A stretch of DNA of 62,943 nucleotides, the filler included, from Intoshia linei (Eukaryota; Animalia; Orthonectida): the NCBI GenBank assembly GCA_001642005.1. It is 4 parts of 4 records of this genome, joined end to end, with 100 filler letters (N's around TTAATTAATTAA, not from the genome) between each part and the next. Parts side by side here need not be neighbours in the genome. Positions count along the whole stretch, not along the records: positions 34,400 to 57,901 come from LWCA01000561.1; positions 58,002 to 62,943 come from LWCA01002076.1; 2 more parts are not named here. One strand, 5' to 3'. A program made the translations under genes and the position numbers. Position 1 is the stretch's first letter. Each line of letters begins with the position of its first letter. The notes under the pieces were generated by a model. It saw only the letters and a list, made by a program, of their open reading frames with translations, ran no database searches and had not been told where the DNA came from. Below are positions 48,766 to 60,429 of the stretch, in pieces.

Positions 48766-49329
48766 TATAATTATAAATGTAGTTAAAAATAAAAATCTCT
48801 TGATGTACTTAATCTTGTTTTGCGACGCATGGTTTGGGAATAACTGAACTAGCAAAGCCTTAATTAAAACTTAAATTTAATATCGATGTATATAATTAAA
48901 ACAATAATTATTTATTAGGGTATCTAAATTTTTTTTAAATGAACGGTTATCTTAATTGAGATTGTTTTTTGAATTCTATCAAACATCTCAAATATCAAAA
49001 CCTAGTAATTTATATTACCAGCATAGTAAAATCTAATGAAGTTAATAGTGCAGTTAGAATTAATTATTAGACGATAAATTGTAACTAAAGTTGTTTCTAA
49101 TCAAATTAAAAACATGAATTGAATTGAGTTTTTTAGTATAAATTCTTTACGTTTCCAATCGATTTATTCATATTTTGTTCATCAGAAAATTTTTTTTCAT
49201 TTCTTTACATATATTTACTCAAAGGGCAACCAAAATTAATGTATGGACCATTGGTTGCCATGCCATGGTACAAACGTTTTCTCTTGTTATTAGTATGATA
49301 TACTCTATGTAATAAAAAAAAACTTTCTA

Positions 49330-49682
49330 GAATATCACGCCAATGTGGTGGAAAGGCATTATGATGTGGTCAGCTTTTGGCAAAAATTGTAAAAGTTAAA
49401 CATTTCTTTGTTAATCAAAATATCAACTCCTTGACTTACACAGATATTTTTAAAAAATTCTTATTACCTCACAGAACAAAATTTTGGATTTTTGTCAAGA
49501 AGGTTAGCATTTTAAAGTGGCCAGCGTGCTCACCTGATCTAAACATCATTAAAAACAGGGATATAATTTCAAGAGCTATATATTGTGAAAAAAAACAATA
49601 TACTGATCTTAAAGAGGCCATGCTGAAGCATGGAATTCCATTGACCAAAAATGGTCCGTGTTTAGTGTGCGACATTTATTGA
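49330..49682 (+). mobile_element. Tc1/Tc3-like transposase pseudogene fragment
   Basis: SRQCGGK/IMMWSAF...INSLTYTDIFKKFLLP...SILKWPACSPDLNIIKN with frameshifts and loss of the QDNA segment. Confidence 0.8.
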
Positions 49683-51428
49683 AAATTTAAAAAAATTATA
49701 AATCAATTAAAATCATTACACTATACATTTTACATTTTATCGAAATATAGAAATCGGATAGAATTTGGATGATATTTAAAAGCTCATTGATTGGATTTTA
49801 CTTTTGACATAACCGACCAAAAAAATTAATTTCTACATCATTATCTTCAGTTTAATATGTAATAATAAATTATATGCATAATATACAATATATATATATA
49901 TTTTATACATTGTATAACATTTATTATATTTTCATATACAAACACCATTTGGCCACCACTGAGATAATATATGATGCCATAATCAAAACATGTTAACAAT
50001 TATACAAATAAGACCAAATAAAAATGTATAAATAAATACAAATTAAATATACATTTATACACATAAATGATATCATGTACATCAATGTATGTGAAGGTGA
50101 ATCATTTAAAAAAATTTTTAGAATTATCAAAAATGATTGCTCTGAAAAATTAATCACAATTTTAAAATTACGTTTGACTCTACATCAAGGGTTCCCAAAC
50201 TCATTTTGCTTACCGCCCCCTTTTTAGCAATATATTTTCTCAACGCCCCCATAAAAAATTTTTCCACTACGTCGTATATATATTTATTACTGTCACTTTT
50301 TATATCCGTGGATCCAAACTTTCTATAAAAATATCCCCTTACATACAAAAAATTCATCAACGCTCCACTCTATCCATCTAAAATTGTTTTTTGGGTATAC
50401 AATGTTTTTATATTTGTTTTTGTACTTTAAAAATTGTTTGAACAAAACTGTATTGTCTATAAATAAATAAAGTACAGAAAAAATATAAAATCACTTATAC
50501 ATAGAATTAGCTTGGCTGGTTTGTACTTTGTACAAACAGCACCTAGCTCTGCCGAGGGGGATATATCTAATTTTAACATTAAAAATTAAATCTATTATGG
50601 TTCAAATCACTTTTACGAACCCATTAAAGTAAGGCTACAAAAATGTATTACCGTAGATCATCACTTCATATAATTCTACTGAAAATTTTCCTAAATGTAT
50701 CTCAGAATGAATACATTATGAAGATTAATCAGGGTTGCCAACTGTGTTATTTTCCCCCTGAGAATTCTAGTTTTCAAATTCAACTTAGGGCTCAGGGTTA
50801 AGTGATATTTCACAGAATAATTTAATTATTTCCATAAAAATCATCAGATCATATTTTATTTATATTCTATAATTTTTTTCTCTATGGTGCAAAACTCTTA
50901 GTGTTAGCAGTTATTTTTATTCCATTACTTAGAGACACCCATATTTTATTTTTTTTCTCTAAAGTATTCATCATGAAGTCATTTTGAAATGTGCTATTTG
51001 CTATTTGTTATGAAAAATTTAAAGTATTCATTTTGAAATTTGCAATAAAAATTGTGTGTAAACTGTTATTATTTTTTGAAAAAGAGAGCCTCCAAAAAAA
51101 ATTTTCGCATAAGACGAAATTGCATAACACACTGCGCTTCACTATATGGCGGTCCGCTCAAAACAAAATTTTAAAATCTTTATCAGATTGTGTATTTTTT
51201 ATAATTTCAAAACAGGCTTAAATTTTAAAAAAAGGAATAATTATAGTTTTTAACCGTAAAGAAATTAATTTTTGGATATAAAATTTATGATAAAACATCA
51301 CCCTCGAAAAACTGACATAGTAATATGTTATTTTAACATCTCGATTCCTTTTACTTAAATAAATAAACTGGAACAGATAAATAGACATAAAGATGCGAAA
51401 AATAAGTGTAAGGTTTAATGAGTTTAAT

Positions 51429-53273
51429 CTACAAATCACAAACATCAGACCAAATACACTTACCATATTTCGTTGTGAAGTGTTTTTTTATAGTCGAAAA
51501 TAGATCATCATGCAAATTAGGCCATTTCACGTAATTTTGATTGACTATTAATTTTAAACGATATTGACCATCATAAAATAGTACAATCATTACATTTGCT
51601 GAAAAAGGGAATAACTGACTTGTATTAAATTTTCTATAATCTTTAAGATTATCCCAATTTTCAGCAATGATTTTTTTAGCTTTATCAAAGTATCCAATAA
51701 GAGTCAGAAAAGGTACCAATGTAGTGTCGTGAGCAGTTCGCACAGTTAGTAGAGTATGTCTAATTTTAATAATAATGATTAATAAAGATAATGTAATATA
51801 TCTTATAAAAAATATAACAGGGTTGGCCAACATGAATTACGATTCGCAATAAACCGGTAGAATTTGAAAACAAAAATTGGAATCAACAGTGCCTTAAATC
51901 TTAAATCGTTTTATATAATTGTCAAATTACCATGAGTCGATAAAATGGTGGCAATTGTATTTTATACTAGCAGACTGTTATGTACTTCGTACAAACAGCA
52001 TCCTAGCTCTGCCGAGGGCGGACATTTTTATTGTACCAGAAAAATAAATTCAGTAAAATTTAAAAAAAGATGCTACTATTCACTAATACGTAGTACATTA
52101 CAGTCAACCTAGTGAATATATAATTACGGTTCCCCTTGTTTATGAAGCATAATGATTCTTTCAATTCGTTCAAAAAAATCGTATAAAAGTATACAAGCTT
52201 GTAAGTAGTTGACCTGAAATGCTTTACTCAACATCCAATAGGTCTAAATTTTAAATTAATTTAATTATACTCAAATACGATATGCATTTTAACTTTCTTT
52301 AATTCTTAAAAATGTTGTATACTATCTACATTTTATTCTAATATTTATTCACATATCAATATTAAATAAGAAAAAAAATGATGAAATGGTACACTAATTT
52401 CATCATAGTAAGAAAGTTTGTTCAAATAGCTATTGGGTATATGATCTGACCATATTGAAGATCCAAACTCGGCAATTTCTATTCCTGAAATACCATATAT
52501 AGTGTCAATATCAACTATTAAAATACATTAACATGGTTAGATAATAATAATATAAAAACAAAATTACCATCTGAAAATTGAAAATCACTGGGCAAGTCTA
52601 AAGTTTCGATGATATTTTGTTTGATATCAGTGACATGGTTTCTAGCAAATTTGGATTGTTCAATTTCAACGCGTTTCTTGTTGTTTTCAAAATCAATATA
52701 TTTTTGACAATGTTTGGTGAATCGTAGTAAATCATCCCGAATGCTATACGTGTGCTCATCTTGGCCCATGAAAACATTGTAAAACTCTCTGCTCGTATCA
52801 ATGCATCTTTGAATAGATGTAGAAATATAAACTATATCTTTTAACTCTATTTGTCTTTTTTTGAATTTACCTGTAAATATGTGATATTTTGGGCATTGTT
52901 TCAAATTGTCAATTTTAGAAAATATGGTTGGAAACATTTTTTTAATAGATTCTGCAATTTTCCTAATTCTTTTTCTGCCGCTTTTTGTCAAATTTCCAGG
53001 TTCAGGGAAAATTTCCTTTGGTTTGTAATGCATCATTCTATTGTAATAATTTAATTTTTTTACAAGAGTGATTAAATGCAACAGTCTATTTTTATTGGGT
53101 TGACGAATTCCGTGCCGGGAAAGGATGTCAATATAGAGTGAAAATTTTTCATCTAAATCTGGTGTAATATCCTCCCTAATGTGGTATAAACTTTTCGTGG
53201 AATACTGATCCGATGAATTTATAAAATTGACGAAATTTATGCATAAAATGATAAATATCAACAAATTTTTCAT
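51429..53273 (-). CDS. MINPP1: Multiple inositol polyphosphate phosphatase 1-like histidine phosphatase, multi-exon
   Basis: Signal peptide MKNLLIFIILCINFVNFINS; RHGIRQP; GNLTKSGRKR; QRCIDTSREF; DDLLRFTKHC; last exon AHDTTLVPFLTLIGYF...RKFNTSQLFPFSANVMIVLF, collinear with MINPP1 GHAETLLPLLSLMGYF...[20 protein letters not shown]. Confidence 0.9.
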
Positions 53274-54646
53274 AGATCTAAAATACAATTGATAATAAAT
53301 ATAAACTTATTTTTTCATTACATTAATTTGACATTTAAGTAGAACAAATAGTTAAAATAAACTTTTATTTTAATTTCAATTTTATTTAAATTTTAAAATT
53401 TAAATTGAATTTTACAAACAATAGGAGTATTTTTAATTGGAATTTATTTTATAATACATTAATAATAGTGTATTAATTGTAAATCTTTTTTCACTTTATT
53501 TGTACACGTTAGTCTTTTGTTAAATTGACACTATTCATCTAAGAACTGAATTATTTCAAAGTCATATTTATAGTGACTGTTATAATTTATTATTATACAG
53601 TATATACATATGTGTATATTTAATAGAGCTTCCAATATGGACTTTTTGTTGAAATTTAAAAGACATAAATAATAATCTCCATGTAATTTTCTGCTGAATT
53701 ATATATAATGTTTTTATTTTTGTCGCAAAAAACCCCCGCGTCTTTACCTTTTTGTTTTCCTAACATTTTTCATATTAAAAAAATATGGCAACATAATTTC
53801 CCCAGTAGTTGCAGTATTAATTAAAAAAAATCAATAAAAAATCGTTTCATTTAGACACAGTTCACGGATCAACTTTTTGTTATTTTTAAAAAAATAGTTT
53901 TGTTAAGTTGATAATATTAAGAGTAAAACGAGTTTAAAAATGATAAAATGTAATCCATTACTATTGTCAACATTTTATTACCGTAGATACTATTTATATT
54001 TCTTAACTATTTTTTAATCAAGTACATTTTTACATAGAAAATTGGTACGAATTTAAATTAAATTGAATTAACTCATTTAAATGAATTATATTTGTTTATA
54101 GTTTTTGATCATATATTTTCAACTTTAATAGTTAATTTATTAACATTAATTAATGTCGAAAATGATCTTTACCAGGTTCAATGGGCATTATTATACCGTT
54201 TGATTCAACAAAATATGAAAATATTTCGACATGTCTTGTAAATTTTTAAATGATGAAATATTTTTAATATTCGACATTTTTAAAACTGTTATATAAATTC
54301 AGATAAATTAAAAAATATACTTGTTAGATTCATCTGTTGATTTCACTATTTTCTGGTTGTATTGATAGTAATCAATTTGTATCGATACAAACAATTTAGA
54401 TTTTTTTCCAATTTATAATGTATAATTTTCTGATTTCATACTTTAATAAAATAAGAATAGTCTGTCAAAAATTTAAAAATAGTATTGAAATGTTATTTAC
54501 TTTTTTCCAGTTAAAATCTAAAGTTAAAAAGCTTTTTCTGACTTAATTATGCAAAAATTATATATCTATTAAAACTTTACTTTTATAATACTACTGATAA
54601 AATTTATCAGTAAAAATTTACCACAAAAAAAAAATATTAAAAATAT

Positions 54647-54719
54647 CGCCCCCTATCGGTGTCGAACCGACGACCTTTCGGTTAACAGCCGAACGCTCTA
54701 ACCACTGAGCTAAGGAGGC
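54647..54719 (-). tRNA. tRNA-Asn (GTT)
   Basis: GCCTCCT TA GCTC AGTGGTTA GAGC G TTCGG CTGTTAA CCGAA AGGTC GTCGG TTCGACA CCGAT AGGGGGC G forms a full cloverleaf, followed by T-runs (Pol III terminator). Confidence 0.97.
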
Positions 54720-55747
54720 TACATAGTTAGTCTTTTTGTTATATACTTATTGCATATAATTGAAGATAAACTCTTCTGAAACGTTTGCAAGTTGCAACGC
54801 TTGTTTAGTAAATTCATATCGATACATTTAAAGTTTAAATTAAAGTTTAATTATTTATAATTTTGATAATATTTATATTAGTTATCCCTGTTTTATCATT
54901 TATTTATATTTGTCTTGGATTTAACTGAAATTATATTCTAGTAAGATGTTAAAGTTGATCTAGAAAAGTAATTAAAATCCCAGACCCACTACAGTGCAAT
55001 GTCGATCTATTACCCAATATGTAGTTGAATATTTAAATAGATATATTGTGTAGTTAGTTATTCCATTAGTACGTTATGTACTAAAAAAATTTCGATGATA
55101 AACATGACAAAATATGTAATATAAAGTAATGTAATTATCCGAAATTTTACGATTGATTAATTTTTAAATAATTTGAATTAACTGTAATGAAACTAAATTT
55201 AGCCATTTACAAAGAGTGATGGTTGATTAAAACTTTTAAAATATTATTAGTTATTGAGAATATTATCATATTATCATTGAAAAATTAAATGTAATATTTT
55301 TTGTACTGGATTTACGAGTATTTTTGTACAAAGAGTTTGATAAATTCAATATAATAAATGAACAATGTTCATTGAAACATGTCAACACTTCAATGTTATG
55401 GCGACATTCAAATAAAAATTAATAATATAAAATTTATATGATAAATTTTGGATAAACCAAATGTGTACCTTGAACATTGTCAATGAACTATAAGATTCAA
55501 ACTGGATCTCTTACACATTGAAATGTGAACAAGAATTAAACTTTATTTACAATTAACGCTTTAAATTTAATTAAAAATTTAAATATGCAAGTAAAATTTA
55601 TATAAATGTTTAACATTTTTATGTCATGATAATGAATGAAAAATGAAATATTTAAATAATGAACGGTATTTTTATTTCTTTTATGTGTTGATTGTATTGT
55701 GTACGTTATTGTATAATTCTATAAAAAGAATTTTATAATTTTGATTT

Positions 55748-56490
55748 TTACGACATTTTACAAAATGATATTGGAGATTTAAATGTTTCAATGTTTGAAA
55801 AATTTAGAAAAATGAACAAAAGCAAATGTCCTTATATTTTACCTCTCAACAAAATTAGTCAAGAATTAAAAATACAACAGTCTAAATTGGCATATCAAGA
55901 TGTAATTTTTTAGTGTATTATATTGATTATGATTTTTTTCATATCGAGTAGTATAATGTTAAGTTTGAACTTTTTATCTGGTATACATAATATTGTATAT
56001 ATTATATATGTATTACGTATTATTATGTAATGTAAAGTTTGATGGTATATTATATTTGTTCTACCTAGACTATCTCAGTAATCATTAGGGTTGTTCATTT
56101 TCTATTTTTTAAAGACACATCATACAATATGGGGTGATGATTAAGAATAATGTCAAAAAGATGTGAAAAATAGGAAAAATAATAATGTAGTACTGAACTC
56201 CTGCCCCAGTTATACATCATTTTACTAATGCAGTTATGGCGAATTATTTAATTAATTTTGGAAAATTAATTTCTATATGAAGTTATCTATTTATTTTACC
56301 GGTTTATTCATTCATTTTCTTCTACTATTCAATCTAGGGTTTGTGTCAGCGTCATGTAAAATTTAATTCAAATATTGATATACATTTATCTGTTTTATGC
56401 GTCAAAATTATATATTTCTTTGATTGTTCTTTTAGAATTATATTAAACAATCCGATTTTGATGAAACACCCATTAAAGCTCTCAATCAAG
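55748..56490 (+). CDS. Exon-like segments of an unidentified multi-exon gene (may extend upstream to ~54950)
   Basis: Open segments DILQNDIGDLNVSMFEKFRKMNKSKCPYILPLNKISQELKIQQSKLAYQD|GT, AG|GLCQRHVKFNSNIDIHLSVLC|GT and AG|NYIKQSDFDETPIKALNQ|GT. No family recognised. Confidence 0.3.
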
Positions 56491-57048
56491 GTATTTTATT
56501 TTGATTGCACTTTTTTAAATGCATAGTCATTTTTCCAAACAAATTAAAAGAAATAATATACGAGTAATTAATCCTTTACTTTAATAAAAATGAATGCCTG
56601 TTACCGTTTAATTAAAAAATAAGATTCTTAGAATTTAAAAAAGATCTAATAATACAGTTGTTCGAGAGTGATTTTTTATCACCAATTTTATTTTCATAAA
56701 TTGAGCCTTTCAGGTCAAAAACCCAAATTTTCCTTTTTTAATGTAATTTAATAAATAAAACTATTCTGAGACAGTTTTTAAAATCATTAACGTTGTCTCA
56801 AATATTAATCTCAGAAAATTGCATCTTCATGGTCGTAACCCTAAATGACCTTTTTTTCAAATGAAAAGTCATATAATTTTATAAAACATAATTTCTAAGT
56901 ACGTTTTGAAAATAATGAGCATTATCATAAATCGTAACCTCAAAAACATGTATTTTCTCGATCAAAACCATACATTACCTTTTTTTAAATTATAAATAAA
57001 GTCCTAGAATTTTAAAAAAGTCACAGCTAATACATTTATTTCTAGTTA

Positions 57049-57574
57049 CCCGAATACTCCCAGTGTGACCATATAGTCACACAACATTACAATTATAAAA
57101 ACACGTATCAAATTGAAACAAAGTTAATTAAATATGAAAAATTAAATTAATTAGTATATTATATAACATTCGAGTATATTAGTTATGAGTTTTCACCGAT
57201 TAGCCTCCTGTGTCACTGACAGTGGGCCAAAATCAATTTTTCAAAGCAAAAAAAAATTCACTGAAAAAATTTTTTATATTATTTAATTTTTGATAACTGA
57301 ATTTAATGAATACCATATGATGAATTCATGTATTGGCTATAATTTGATAAAATAATTAGGTATATTGACGATGCGGTTGTATATATACACGCTTTTATTT
57401 GACTTATTTTCCCAATGTGACCATATGGTCACATGAAATAACTCCATAACTACAATTGGTAATTACCTAAAATTTTATATGGTGAAAAATAGGCAATTAT
57501 GAATTATTAACTTCCCGAATTTTTGTAAAAATCGTAGCCAAAAAATTGGAAAAATTTGACTGGAAGTATTCGGG
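57049..57574. mobile_element. piggyBac-like MITE
   Basis: TIRs CCCGAATACTCCCAG / CTGGAAGTATTCGGG, with right flank TTAA and left flank (G)TTA. Internal palindrome GTGACCATAT(A/G)GTCAC occurs twice (57065, 57417). Confidence 0.75.
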
Positions 57575-57901
57575 TTAACATACTGAAATAAATTCAATTT
57601 CATAAATTGATGCCTTCATTGTCAAAAAATTCAATAACTTAGTCCAAGAATTTAAAAAAAATAATATTCTTATACAGTTTATTCCAGTTGATCTAGAGAA
57701 AAAATTTGAACCACAGAAGTATCGGATTCCCTGCCAAAAATAACTTAATATATTATCAACCATTATTTTACAAAATTTTTGAATTAAAATTTAAATATTT
57801 ATTCTACAATTTCAAAAAAAGTGGAAATTGACCATATACATTAGGGGTGTGAACGAATTTTTATATCAAAAGTGCACCCTTCCACCATATGAACATTTTG
57901 A

Positions 57902-58001
57902 NNNNNNNNNNNNNNNNNNNNNNNNNNNNNNNNNNNNNNNNNNNNTTAATTAATTAANNNNNNNNNNNNNNNNNNNNNNNNNNNNNNNNNNNNNNNNNNN
58001 N
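57902..58001. other. Artificial contig linker
   Basis: N44-TTAATTAATTAA-N44. Confidence 0.97.
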
Positions 58002-58329
58002 CAGCCCGTTTCAAATTTCTGTGCCACCCGCCCCGCCTTCATATAAGTATATACAACAACATTCAAAACTATGTCAAAACTAAAAATATTTTTAAATGTT
58101 TAGCATGTTTTTCAATTTATTAGTGAATGTAATAATAATTTTTCATTTTAATTTTGTGGTCATTATAGTTATAGATATAATTGAGATAATAAAAAAATAA
58201 ATTCAGTTTTTGCTTTATTTTTAAATTAATGGCAATAAAAACAAAATACAATTATGTTTAATTTTGACACATGAACGATTCAAAAGTATGTCAACACCAT
58301 CATAAATTTGAAATAATTCATAATTAAAT

Positions 58330-58922
58330 TTATAGATTTCATCTGATTTTTTTCAAAACAGAGAATTAAATCATCAAGAACAAATTTTAATATTAAAATT
58401 ATACGAAGAAAGAAAATCATAGCGTTAAATTGGCAAACAAGTGGGTCGGCCCTAAATAACCATTTCTAAACTCCTGAAATGGCTCCGGGAAAATAACAGT
58501 AATAAATAAGTGGGAGAACTGGTCGAAGAAGGTTATCTGATATCCGCTTCGACAGAAATCTTATTAGATTACACCAAATTCAACCTCAAATGAGTTTATC
58601 CAATGAAAAACTCAATGGACCTTAGATTTAAGCAACAGCACAGTTTGTAGGAGGCTGATAAAAAACGGAATAAAATTTTATGCAGTTAGCCAAAGACCCA
58701 GGCTTTCTGTGAAAAAAATTTCTAACTGTTTAAGCTTCGGCTCTGATTACTGTAGTTGGTCAATCGATGCATGGCAAAGAGTCATATTAGATATGATAGC
58801 ATATACATAGAAAGAGAATATGACTTTTTTTAATGCATCTATTTACCATCTACAGTAATCGGAGCAGAAGCTTAAACAGTTAGAAATTTTTTTCACAGAA
58901 AGCCTGGGTCTTCGGCTAACTG
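58330..58922 (+). mobile_element. Tc1 transposase N-terminal relic ending in an inverted duplication; second direct copy at 59364-59855
   Basis: Remnant TGRRRLSDIRFDRNLIRL...TVCRRLIKNGIKFYAVSQRPRLSVKKISNCLSFGSDYCSWSIDAWQRVI (Tc1 HTH/linker up to the first catalytic D). Confidence 0.75.
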
Positions 58923-60429
58923 TATTCATTTAATAACAACAATTTATATAACATCAATTTAATAAATACTTAAAAATACCAATTATGTATCAATAATTAA
59001 CTGAATCTTCACTTTATAAATACATTTCAGATGAATTTTACCAATATTGCAATAAATTGTCATAAATATAAAAATGATCATAACAAATTTTATTACTTTT
59101 AGCCAATCGTTGTTATAAATCTAATTTAAATTTTAAACAAAATGTTTCGAAAATGAGTATTTGAGAATGAAAAAAAATATTTCAAATATTAAAAAAAAAA
59201 TTTTCACCAATATTTCTTTATTGGAAATGTGTAGACGATCAATGCACTTTTTTTAATTATAAAGCAATTTTATATGCAAATGGTATAAGCAATTTTAATT
59301 AATAAAGTAAATAGCTGTTCTAAAATTAAATGATTTTTAATATAATATTTGCATAATTTTATNAGAACAAATTTTAATATTAAAATTATACGAAGAAGGA
59401 AAATCATAGCGTGAAATTGGCAAACAAGTGGGTCGGCCCTAAATAACCATTTCTAAACCCCTGAAACAGCTCCGGGAAAATAGAAGTAATAAATAAATAG
59501 GAGAATTGGTCGAAGAAGGTTATCTGATATCCGCTTCGACAGAAATCTTATTAGATTACACCAAATTCAACCTCAAATGAGTTTATCCCAATGAAAAACG
59601 CAATGGACCGTAGATGTAAGCAACAGCACAGTTCGTAGGAGGCTGATAAAAAACGGAATAAAATTTTATGTAGTTTACCAAAGACTCAGGCTTTCTGTGA
59701 AAAAAATTTCTAACTGTTTAAGCTTCTGCTCCGATTACTGTAGTTGGTCAATCGATGCATGGCAAAGAGTCATATTAGATATGATAGCATATACATAGAA
59801 AGAGAATATGACTTTTTTTAATGCATCCATTTATTATCTACAGTAATCGGAGCAGTTTCAAAGATTTTCACCAATATTTCTTTATTGGAAATGTGTAGAC
59901 GATCAATGCACTTTTTTTAATTATAAAGCAATTTTATATGCAAATGGTATAAGCAATTTTAATTAATAAAGTAAATAGCTGTTCTAAAATTAAATGATTT
60001 TTAATATAATATTTGCATAATTTGATAACATATTTAGATCCTTAACGGCTGGAAATACGATTCTGAATTTAATGAAAATAAGAAAAAAACCTTCATTTTA
60101 AAACCATATATTCTTATAAAAGAGGTTTAGTTTAATTATATCGTTTAAGACATTCTATCTAACTCACCAATTACTTATTATTTATTAATATAAATTATGT
60201 TACATATTAAAATAGAAAAATGTGAAACTAATTCAAGTACTGGAATCGTCAATTAAATACATTTATCACATTGGATGGAAAATTAAGGGAGAAGAAAAAT
60301 ATGCAAATATTATTAACAATATAATTCATCAAAACAAATCCAAAGAACATTTTAGTGTACTGCCAATTCTTACAATAATTAATAATTAAAATAATCATTA
60401 CAATAATAATGTTAATAATAATGTAGGTT

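Noticed and set aside
59363-60020. Recent segmental duplication of 58355-58870 and 59200-59362
   Set aside because: It starts at a single-n join and is highly similar, so it cannot be told apart from a stitched haplotype. Not reported as biological on its own.
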